Assembly: GCA_963977445.1 (NCBI GenBank)
Contig: CAXBPH010000039.1
Location: forward strand, 1-35,842
From: an uncultured bacterium
Lineage (GTDB): Bacteria; Hydrogenedentota; Hydrogenedentia; Hydrogenedentales; JAEUWI01
Reading direction: 5' to 3'
DNA length: 35,842 bases
The notes under the pieces were generated by a model. The model saw only the letters and a program-made list of their open reading frames with translations, searched no databases and was not told where the DNA came from. The position numbers and the translations under genes are program-made. Below, piece after piece: positions 8,161 to 16,322 of this stretch. Each line of letters starts with the position of its first letter. Positions within the stretch are counted from its first letter, which is position 1.

Positions 8161-10830
8161 ATGGTGATAACTCCCACATTCGGCCAAATTAAGGCCCAGG
8201 TCGGCACGATCAGGAAAAAAACTGCCGATGCGAATATCATCGGCATCCATTCACCTGGACGATGGACGGGCGAAAAGGAACTTCAGGATGGAGAAACCCG
8301 GTATTTCATCGACCAGTGTGATTCCCCGCTGGAAATCCGGCTGGCCCTGCGGCGCGTTCGGCCACGGGGCGCTATTCAGATAATCCTCACCGAGCTGGAT
8401 GAAATGGATTTGTCCGACGACATTCGGATACGGCTGGCTCGGCGTAAACTGCATCACATGGACAGCTGGCAGGTGATTCGGACCCTCTTTCAGGCCCATG
8501 CCGTGGATACACGCGTGACCCAACAGGCCTGGATGGCGGAGCAATTGTTGAAGTTTGCGGCGGTAGATGACTGCCCCGCGGCGCCCGGCGGATTCCTGGA
8601 TCTCGAAACCGCCTGGGCCTACCTGCTCGAGCGCGGCCTGGGCATCGGCGTAGCCCGACCTGACCTCCCCTTGATTTTAAAGTGGTCGTTGAACGAGACC
8701 AATGTGGCGACCTTTCGGGGCGCCGATCCACAGTTTCGGGAAGCCGCAATAGTGTGGCTCGCACAATTTACCGAGCCGGCCACCGAAGTAGTCTTGAGAA
8801 GCATCCAGCGCTCAAAGCAGCTTGACGCACTCGCCATCGGTCTTGCCGCCCATGTTGTATTTCATGCCCAGGCGGAAGGAAAGCTCGACAAAGCCGTGGG
8901 TCGTATAGAAGAACGCTATCTGGGCGGCCAAAGTTCTGACAGAAATCAGATGCGGCGATGGGGCATTGCCGCGCGTGAGGTTGTTCGGCTGCAGCTTGCA
9001 GATACCACGCCGCAGGACCCGGTTCTCAAGCAGGCCGATGGGATTCTTAAGGATGTTCAGGCAGATACCTTCGCCTATTTGAGCGACGTGTCCTTAATAG
9101 GCTTCGACCAGCGTCTGGAACAGCTCGGTATTGCACTAAAGGACGCGATCCATCATGGAATATCGCAGGATCTCGATTTTCGTTACAAAGATTTCATACG
9201 GCACCACCTGGCTAGGATCGATAGTCGGCGAATTGAGCGGGTGGAAATGGCAATGCGCCTGCTGCGCTGGCTTCAAACGATTAAAGGCGTAATTTCATCG
9301 CCAAACTCCTTCGCGGAGGCAGTCGACAATTACTTGACCGGCGGATCATTCGTGGATACAGCACGCCTGGCCCTTCGCCATGGCGACGTCATCGCGGCGC
9401 TGTCGGAGGCCTTTATGGCGCTTTCGAAGAAAAGTGCTGTATTTCAGGAGAAGCAATCCAAAATCTTCGCCGACCTCCTTCGTGACTGGACCAATGCCGG
9501 CTCCAAATCCTCCGATATTCTGCCTGTGGAGGAGGTATTGACTTCAATTGTTGGGCCCCTGAGTGAATCTTCCCCCGTCCTTCTAATCGTAATGGACGGC
9601 ATGAGCGTTGCCGTCTTTAACCAGCTTATTGACGAAGTCGTTGGGCGACACTGGGCCTTTATTCGGCAGGCGAACCGGACCATGACACACGCAGCTATTG
9701 CTACCATTCCATCGGTCACCGAGTATTCGCGGACCAGCCTGCTTTGCGGAAGGCTGGTGGCGGGAACGTCCGCACTTGAGAAGACGGAGTTTCCAAAGCA
9801 TCCGGCTCTGGCTGCTACCGCGAAGGCTGGTAAGCCCCCCCTGCTCTTCCACAAGTCCGCCCTGAATGATCAGGAAGACGGCGGCCTCTCGCCGGAAATT
9901 CGGGCGAAGGTGGCATCCGCGGATCACCGTGTTGTCGGGGTCGTGATCAATGCCATTGATGACTATCTCCTGAAGGGAGAGCAAATAGACGTCCGTTGGA
10001 AACTAGACGATATCAAGGCACTTCCGACGCTATTGCATGAGGCGAATCACGCAAATCGCGCTGTCGTCATCACCAGCGACCATGGGCACATCCTTGAACT
10101 GTCCACTGATTTCCGCGCGGGCGATGGCGGCGACCGATGGCGAGAGGCGAAAGACTCCCCAAGCGACTCAGAATTAATTTTTGAAGGCGAGCGCGTTCTG
10201 ACGGACAGCGGCAGGGTTATCGTTCCATGGACCGAAACAGTACGCTATGCCAGCAAGAAGGGCGGGTATCATGGCGGGATAACGCCGCAGGAAATAGTCG
10301 CGCCGATAGCGGTTCTTTTCCCGGGCAATCCAACTATTGAGGGTTGGGTCGAGACGAATTGGACCAAGCCGGATTGGTGGAGTGCAACATCTATTCCAAC
10401 GGAAGAGACGGCGGTTAAGGCGGAGCCCGTCAAGTCAGCGAATGGCTTCCCCGATTCACTACTCGATTGGAGAGAAGACCCTGTCGTCGAAATACAGACG
10501 CACGCGGGCCCCGCGACGCTGGATTGGATAAGGACCCTTATCTCTTCCCCCGTATATGCCGAACAAAAATTGCTTGCTGGTCGTTCATATCCAAAGAGCG
10601 AGCAGGCACTCATTGATGTATTGAGCGCACTTGACCACGGCGGATATACGATGACTCCCGCCGCCCTTTCGAGCAACATAGACTATCCGCCATTGCGGCT
10701 GCGTGGTCTACTGGCCGTTATGCAAAAAGTCCTAAATCTGGACGGGTACGAAGTACTGAGTCGCGATACCGAATCCGACGCCATAGTTTTGGACATTGAA
10801 CTTCTCCGAAAACAGTTTGAACTCTCATGA
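8161..10830 (+). CDS. pglZ: BREX type 2 PglZ (alkaline phosphatase/nuclease fold)
   Basis: LLIVMDGMS, PSVTEYSRTSL, ITSDHGH and GGYHGGITPQE motifs. C-terminal LNLDGYEVL...LLRKQFEL typical of BREX-2 PglZ. Confidence 0.9.
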   Translation: MVITPTFGQIKAQVGTIRKKTADANIIGIHSPGRWTGEKELQDGETRYFIDQCDSPLEIRLALRRVRPRGAIQIILTELDEMDLSDDIRIRLARRKLHHMDSWQVIRTLFQAHAVDTRVTQQAWMAEQLLKFAAVDDCPAAPGGFLDLETAWAYLLERGLGIGVARPDLPLILKWSLNETNVATFRGADPQFREAAIVWLAQFTEPATEVVLRSIQRSKQLDALAIGLAAHVVFHAQAEGKLDKAVGRIEERYLGGQSSDRNQMRRWGIAAREVVRLQLADTTPQDPVLKQADGILKDVQADTFAYLSDVSLIGFDQRLEQLGIALKDAIHHGISQDLDFRYKDFIRHHLARIDSRRIERVEMAMRLLRWLQTIKGVISSPNSFAEAVDNYLTGGSFVDTARLALRHGDVIAALSEAFMALSKKSAVFQEKQSKIFADLLRDWTNAGSKSSDILPVEEVLTSIVGPLSESSPVLLIVMDGMSVAVFNQLIDEVVGRHWAFIRQANRTMTHAAIATIPSVTEYSRTSLLCGRLVAGTSALEKTEFPKHPALAATAKAGKPPLLFHKSALNDQEDGGLSPEIRAKVASADHRVVGVVINAIDDYLLKGEQIDVRWKLDDIKALPTLLHEANHANRAVVITSDHGHILELSTDFRAGDGGDRWREAKDSPSDSELIFEGERVLTDSGRVIVPWTETVRYASKKGGYHGGITPQEIVAPIAVLFPGNPTIEGWVETNWTKPDWWSATSIPTEETAVKAEPVKSANGFPDSLLDWREDPVVEIQTHAGPATLDWIRTLISSPVYAEQKLLAGRSYPKSEQALIDVLSALDHGGYTMTPAALSSNIDYPPLRLRGLLAVMQKVLNLDGYEVLSRDTESDAIVLDIELLRKQFELS

Positions 10831-10837
10831 GAAACAC

Positions 10838-12157
10838 ATGAACATAAGCCCAAAACGCCGACAAGAGCTTATTGATGCCCTGAGACGGGGGACTGTGCCA
10901 CGTAGTAGCCTGGACGCACTCGCCGTTGGTCTTGAACCGTTTGAAGAAGCAATCAGTGAAGAGTTGACCCGCGTTCGATCGGGCTCCAGTGTCTTTAAGG
11001 CTGTCCGGGGCGAATACGGTTGCGGAAAGACCTTCTTCGCAAGATGGCTCTGCGACCGCGCACGAAAGAAGGGATTCGTGACCACGGAGGTCCAGATCTC
11101 CGAGACGGAAACACCGCTCCACCGTGTGGAAACTGTGTATCGGAGACTTACAGAAAACCTATCCAAGACGGATTCCGAAACCGGCGCCCTCCGCAACCTG
11201 GTCGACAGTTGGTTTTTTACCCTGGAGGAAGATGTATTGGCGGAAGGGTCTATCGATGAACGAGATACCAAACTCCTTCTTGAACGGACCAATGAGTTGG
11301 TGGAGAAGCGGCTCAGGAAAATAAGCGACCAAGCTCCATCCTTCAGTGCGGCACTTCGTGGTTATCGAAGTGCGCAAGGGGAAAACAAGCAGGATATAGC
11401 CGAGGCCCTCTTAGCGTGGCTTGGCGGGCAACCCAATGTAGCTGCATCGGCCAAGCGCTATGCAGGTATCAAGGGCGATTTGGATCATTTCGGTGCCTTG
11501 GGCTTTCTCCAAGGGCTTCTGTACCTCATTCGCGATGCCGGTCATGGCGGATTGTTGGTCGTCTTGGATGAGGTTGAAACTATCCAGCGTATGCGCACGG
11601 ATGTGCGAGAGAAAAGCCTCAATGCCCTGCGTCAACTCATTGATGAAGTCGATTCAGGAAGATTTCCAGGGCTATACCTGCTGATAACGGGAACAACGGC
11701 TTTTTTTGAAGGTCCACAGGGCGTAAAACGACTCGAACCCTTGGCCCAACGTCTGCATGTGGACTTCGTGACCGACGCAAGATTCGACAACCCCCGCGCG
11801 GTTCAGATACGGCTCTCGCCATTCGTCCTGGAACGATTGAGCGAGGTGGGTTCTAGAGTACGTGATATCTATCGAGACTACTCTAGTCAACCACAACGTA
11901 TCGACGAGTGTTGTGGTGACGACTATATTGCCACGCTGGCGAAAGCTGTCGCTGGAAAACTTGGAGGAAAAACAGGAATAGCTCCACGAATTTTTCTTAA
12001 GAAGCTCGTAGCTGAAATCCTGGACAGAATCGACCAATTTGACGACTTCAATCCTCGCGAGCACTATTCCTTAACCCTGAACGATGCCGAACTAAGCCTC
12101 GTAGAGCGTCAAGCGGTCGCTGCCGATGACATCAACGATATCGAGCTGGATGTGTGA
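10838..12157 (+). CDS. brxD: BREX ATP-binding protein BrxD (DUF2791)
   Basis: IDALRRGTVP, Walker A RGEYGCGKTF, Walker B LVVLDEVET. ATG at 10838, just after the pglZ stop, preferred over the TTG at 10796. Confidence 0.9.
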   Translation: MNISPKRRQELIDALRRGTVPRSSLDALAVGLEPFEEAISEELTRVRSGSSVFKAVRGEYGCGKTFFARWLCDRARKKGFVTTEVQISETETPLHRVETVYRRLTENLSKTDSETGALRNLVDSWFFTLEEDVLAEGSIDERDTKLLLERTNELVEKRLRKISDQAPSFSAALRGYRSAQGENKQDIAEALLAWLGGQPNVAASAKRYAGIKGDLDHFGALGFLQGLLYLIRDAGHGGLLVVLDEVETIQRMRTDVREKSLNALRQLIDEVDSGRFPGLYLLITGTTAFFEGPQGVKRLEPLAQRLHVDFVTDARFDNPRAVQIRLSPFVLERLSEVGSRVRDIYRDYSSQPQRIDECCGDDYIATLAKAVAGKLGGKTGIAPRIFLKKLVAEILDRIDQFDDFNPREHYSLTLNDAELSLVERQAVAADDINDIELDV

Positions 12158-14259
12158 GTAATTTTGAATCACTACACCCCGCCATCAAGTATCATATAGT
12201 CAATAGCCTTGGCTGGAAAGAGCTCAGGCCATTTCAGGATGAAGCAATCACCCACGTATTGAGTGGAAACCACGCAATAATTATCGCACCCACTGCAGGT
12301 GGAAAAACTGAATCGGCGGTGCTCCCAATTCTTTCCCAGATTCTCGAAAAACCCTGGAATGGCCTAAGTGTTCTCTACATATGCCCAATGAAAGCACTGA
12401 TAAACGACCTCGGTGTGCGACTGGATAGATATTTCACCCTAGTTGGTAGACGAGCGGCGGTATGGCACGGCGATATTGGCCGCGGACCACGGGACCGAAT
12501 TTTGCAGGATCCGCCGGACCTACTTCTTACGACTCCAGAGTCACTTGAGGCGATCTTAGTCTCAACGAGGTCTAACGAGAAGGTGTTTTTCGCAAATCTC
12601 AAGGCTGTAATCATAGACGAGATTCATCTATTCGCAGGGGACGACCGTGGCTGGCATCTATTGGCATTGCTTTCCAGATTAAAAAGAATCGCTGGCCACG
12701 AGTTTCAACGAATAGGTTTGTCCGCGACCGTGGGCAACCCAGATTCTCTCGCCAAATGGCTTACGTGCGGCTGCGTGCTAGACACTCGCGTACTCGCTCC
12801 CGAAGAGATACAGACCGTAGATTCGGACATTCAAATCGATTATGTAGGGTCACTGGAAAACGCGGCGACAGTCATATCGCGAATGCATCGAGGCGAAAAG
12901 CGATTGGTTTTTGTCGATAGTAGAGCTCGGGCAGAGCAGCTTGCCAATGCGCTTCACAGACTGGATGTTCGCACGTTTATAACCCACAGCTCCTTGAGTA
13001 AAGATGAACGCAGTCGTGCGGAGAGTGCTTTTCAGACGGAAGAGAACTGTGTGATCGTCGCAACGAGCGTTCTTGAAGTTGGCGTCGATGTAGGCGATCT
13101 GGACCGAGTGATTCAGATCGATGCCCCGAGAACGGTTTCCTCCTTTCTGCAGCGCATGGGCCGAACGGGTCGTCGCAGGGGCACGACACGAAACTGTTTA
13201 TTCCTAGCCACACGGGACGATTCTCTAATACGCGCGGCGGCTATTGTTCGGTTGTTTGAAAAGGGATATGTAGAGCCGATTCAACCTCCGAGTGAACCGT
13301 TTCACATACTTGCCCAACAGATACTTGCCATTTGCCTGCAGGAATCGGGTATAGGAGTACGAAATTGGTTTGATTGGATACGAGATGTCCCTGCGTTTTC
13401 AGCGATGGATGAGAGCGAGATCCGTTCTATTGTCACGTGGATGCTTAACAACGAGGTCCTCTTCGAAGAGCAGGGCATCTTAAGTATCGGGGGTAAAGGC
13501 GAGGACTTATACGGACGACGAAACTATCTTGAGATCCTGTCTGTATTTTTATCGCCACCATTCTTTATCATTTTATGTGGAATTGAAGAGATTGGGTATA
13601 TGGATGAGCGATCTTTCATGCATAGAGACAGGGGCGATACAAGAATCATCTTGCTCGGAGGCAGGGCTTGGGCGGTAAAGCATATTGATTGGCGACGACA
13701 TCGAGCATATGTTGAGCCTATCGAAGCCGAAGGTGGCGCTAGGTGGATGGGCGACTCATCTGGCCTTAGCTTCGCTGTTTGTCAGGCAATGAAGGAAACC
13801 CTGATTTTTCGAGACAACTATCGATGTTTCTCGGAGCGAGCGAAACAGAGACTTGCCTCAATTTCGGATGAATATCCCTGGCTCGGTGGAATGGGGGAAT
13901 CATACGCGATCGCCAATAAGAGAACAGAATGGTGGACGTTCGCGGGGGCCACGGCAAACGCGTCGATTTGCTCAGGTCTCCAGGAGGTAATTGCCAGCCG
14001 GATAAAGTCCGATGATCTGAGGATCGTTTTTCCTGATCATTGCACCCGGTTTGAGGCAGAGGCGGCCATAGAAAAGGTATCCGGTCTTTCGGCAAGTGGA
14101 CTCAGGCCAGTAGTCGATTCAGATGCTATGGATGGTCTCAAGTTTTCAGACATACTTCCCCGAGAGTTTGCGATCCGAGCCATTCAGTCTCGACTTGTCG
14201 ACTATCCAGCGGTTGAGACTATATTGCGACAACCCGTGATATCTGTCGCAACACAGTAG
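12154..14259 (+). CDS. brxHI: BREX type 2 Lhr-like DEAD/DEAH helicase BrxHI
   Basis: APTAGGKTE, TTPESLE, IDEIH, GLSAT, ATSVLEVGVD and QRMGRTGRR helicase motifs. GTGTGA 4-bp overlap with brxD. Confidence 0.88.
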   Translation: MSNFESLHPAIKYHIVNSLGWKELRPFQDEAITHVLSGNHAIIIAPTAGGKTESAVLPILSQILEKPWNGLSVLYICPMKALINDLGVRLDRYFTLVGRRAAVWHGDIGRGPRDRILQDPPDLLLTTPESLEAILVSTRSNEKVFFANLKAVIIDEIHLFAGDDRGWHLLALLSRLKRIAGHEFQRIGLSATVGNPDSLAKWLTCGCVLDTRVLAPEEIQTVDSDIQIDYVGSLENAATVISRMHRGEKRLVFVDSRARAEQLANALHRLDVRTFITHSSLSKDERSRAESAFQTEENCVIVATSVLEVGVDVGDLDRVIQIDAPRTVSSFLQRMGRTGRRRGTTRNCLFLATRDDSLIRAAAIVRLFEKGYVEPIQPPSEPFHILAQQILAICLQESGIGVRNWFDWIRDVPAFSAMDESEIRSIVTWMLNNEVLFEEQGILSIGGKGEDLYGRRNYLEILSVFLSPPFFIILCGIEEIGYMDERSFMHRDRGDTRIILLGGRAWAVKHIDWRRHRAYVEPIEAEGGARWMGDSSGLSFAVCQAMKETLIFRDNYRCFSERAKQRLASISDEYPWLGGMGESYAIANKRTEWWTFAGATANASICSGLQEVIASRIKSDDLRIVFPDHCTRFEAEAAIEKVSGLSASGLRPVVDSDAMDGLKFSDILPREFAIRAIQSRLVDYPAVETILRQPVISVATQ

Positions 14260-14679
14260 GCACTCAGTCAAATTTATTATTGAGAACCTGCAATAGTGAA
14301 GCCTTCGGGGGATGACTCTAAACAACCGGAGCCGGAGGGGTGGAACCGCTACTGCCCAACAAACCTAAGTCGATCTGAGATGAAGTGGAGAAAATCGACC
14401 AAGAAATCGAAAACTACCAAGACCAGGTTGGTGATCGATGCAATGCGAGAATTTAAATTAGAAGGATCTGACCAGATATGCAAATAGGAAAAGGGCAAAC
14501 TAGAATACAGAACGCGGGTACCGGCCCAAGATAAATGCTCCTAGAAAGGGGCCTTTACTTAGCGCCTTGTTTTCCGCAACATTCAGTAGGCGCAAGAGCG
14601 TGGAAGCGCCTTGAAAACACTCGGGCAAGGAACGTCGCCGGGATCTTCACATGACCGTTTCATGGCGGACCCTTCATGT

Positions 14680-14988
14680 CTATTTTCTACGGACCGAAAC
14701 CACTATCACATGAATATGATTCTCATCGCGTCTTCTGGCGGCATCGATCTTAGTTAGCGCGGCCTTCGACCCATCATGCTCCACAAGCTCAAAGTGTTTG
14801 GGTTCGCCTTCGCCTGTACTTTCCCAAATTTGATGTTGAAGGCGGGGGAAGGCTGGGTTCGGGTGATCCATATACCAAAGTTCTCTTGTTGGAGAATTTA
14901 TTGTCACCGTTGTAAGCGCGGGGTCACTCGATGGCTCGCCATATTCCAGTTTACTTTCTGTTTCTGTCTGTGGTGGTAATAGTGCCAT
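14680..14988 (-). CDS. Hypothetical protein, 102 aa
   Basis: ATG at 14988 preceded by AAGGA, with protein-like composition (MALLPPQTETESKLEYGE...). The upstream extension to 15456 overlaps the recombinase and is unlikely. Confidence 0.5.
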   Translation of the reverse strand: MALLPPQTETESKLEYGEPSSDPALTTVTINSPTRELWYMDHPNPAFPRLQHQIWESTGEGEPKHFELVEHDGSKAALTKIDAARRRDENHIHVIVVSVRRK

Positions 14989-15139
14989 TGTAAGTATTTT
15001 CCTTATGTTGAGGTTGTTAGACGAGACGGGGGTAATTCCATTCACTTTCTTCAGGTTTCCGAATAGCGCCATGGCGACCGCGCCATAAAATGGGTTAACT
15101 GACCCAGCCCGGATTTTCAGTGGTTTCGGCGTATCCCCG

Positions 15140-15167
15140 TTTTCGTTAACCGACCGGTTGACGAAAA
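15140..15167. other. Candidate serine-recombinase crossover (res site I-like) site
   Basis: TTTTCGTTAACCG-AC-CGGTTGACGAAAA: 13-bp inverted arms (12/13 match) around a 2-bp core, ~70 bp upstream of the recombinase gene. Confidence 0.55.
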
Positions 15168-15173
15168 TAGCGC

Positions 15174-15202
15174 TTGCTGCACACACTCCTTGTGTGTACA
15201 AT
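15174..15202 (+). promoter_or_regulatory. Sigma-70-type promoter with a palindromic operator in the spacer
   Basis: TTGCTG-N17-TACAAT. The spacer is CACACA-ctcct-TGTGTG. GGAGA RBS follows before the ATG at 15235. Confidence 0.55.
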
Positions 15203-15234
15203 AGGGTCATGGATACGACATAGGGAGAATCGCC

Positions 15235-15927
15235 ATGAATGCCATCGGATACCTCAGAGTCAGCACGGAAGGCCAAGCCGTGGAAGGCCAAGCCGTGGAA
15301 GGCGTAAGCCTGGAGGCACAGCGGGCAAAGATCGAAGCCTGGGCCACCGCGAACGATTACGAACTTGTTGCCGTTTTCAACGATGCGGGTATTTCCGGTT
15401 CCGGGATGGCAAAGCGCCCTGGCCTTCAAGAGGCACTGGATGCCGCCTGTAACCAAAACGCAGCCCTTGTTGTGTATTCCCTTTCCCGTCTGGCCCGTTC
15501 CACAAAAGACGCGCTAATCATTTCCGAGCGACTGGACAAGGCCGGAGCGGACCTTGTGAGCCTATCCGAGAAGATAGACACCACCACAGCAGCGGGTAAG
15601 ATGGTATTTCGTATGCTGGCTGTTTTGGCAGAGTTTGAACGGGATCTTGTATCCGAGCGCACCACGGCGGCATTGCAGCACATGAAGGCCAAGGGCCAGC
15701 GCGTGGGGACCATCCCCTATGGTTACCGTACGGCCAAAGATGGTTCCACCCTGGAAGCCAACGAGAGCGAGCAACGCATTGTGGCCCTGGTCCACCAGCT
15801 ACACAAGGACGGCATGACCCTGGCAAGTATCCGGGCGGAACTACAAGCCCGTGGCATTGAAAACCGGAAGGGCAAGACAGCATGGTCCTTGTCCACCCTT
15901 CACAAGATTTCAAAGGTAGCGGGATGA
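15235..15927 (+). CDS. Serine recombinase (resolvase/invertase family) with C-terminal recombinase-type DNA-binding segment
   Basis: GYLRVST (catalytic Ser10), DAGISG...RPGL, VYSLSRLARS, AEFERDLVSERT and PYGY motifs. Confidence 0.92.
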   Translation: MNAIGYLRVSTEGQAVEGQAVEGVSLEAQRAKIEAWATANDYELVAVFNDAGISGSGMAKRPGLQEALDAACNQNAALVVYSLSRLARSTKDALIISERLDKAGADLVSLSEKIDTTTAAGKMVFRMLAVLAEFERDLVSERTTAALQHMKAKGQRVGTIPYGYRTAKDGSTLEANESEQRIVALVHQLHKDGMTLASIRAELQARGIENRKGKTAWSLSTLHKISKVAG

Positions 15928-16160
15928 ACGATATCAGAAAGAAGCGCCTTGACGATCTGGCCCTCGCCCTGGCGGATGTAGAACCCGAACGACTGGACTC
16001 CCTTGTCCGAAAGTCGGCGCGGGTGGATATCCGTGTAACACCCACGGAGAAAGCCGAGATGCAGGCAACCGCTGAGGCCTTGGGCCTGAGCCTGTCTGAG
16101 TACCTGAGCGCCTTGCACTGCTACGCCCTACCACGGATCCATAGGGTCCCCCCTGCTTGA
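15924..16160 (+). CDS. Small ribbon-helix-helix (MobC/DUF1778-like) DNA-binding protein
   Basis: ATGA overlap with the recombinase stop. RVDIRVTPTEKAEMQATAEALGLSLSEYL fits an RHH pattern. Confidence 0.7.
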   Translation: MNDIRKKRLDDLALALADVEPERLDSLVRKSARVDIRVTPTEKAEMQATAEALGLSLSEYLSALHCYALPRIHRVPPA

Positions 16161-16191
16161 GCTCCACGAACGTGGAACGCGCGGACAGATG

Positions 16192-16207
16192 TGGCGCGAT
16201 AGTTGCT
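16192..16207 (+). promoter_or_regulatory. Sigma-54 (-24/-12) promoter motif
   Basis: TGGCGC-GATAG-TTGCT with GG-N10-GC spacing, ~115 bp upstream of the ATG at 16323. Confidence 0.6.
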
Positions 16208-16322
16208 TTGTTCAAATCCCCAAGGACACACACAATAAAAGTGCTGTTGCCTCGTCCTGTAGGTATACTCGTTTTTATCGTCACCAATGATCGCCGCGCA
16301 CGGGCGGCAGGAGTCTTCTTTT

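Noticed and set aside
14296..14487. 63-aa ORF downstream of brxHI
   Set aside because: It has no RBS or motif and is probably spurious or a remnant.
14989..15456. N-terminal extension of the 258-aa minus-strand ORF
   Set aside because: It overlaps the recombinase and its promoter antisense; a better start with RBS is at 14988.
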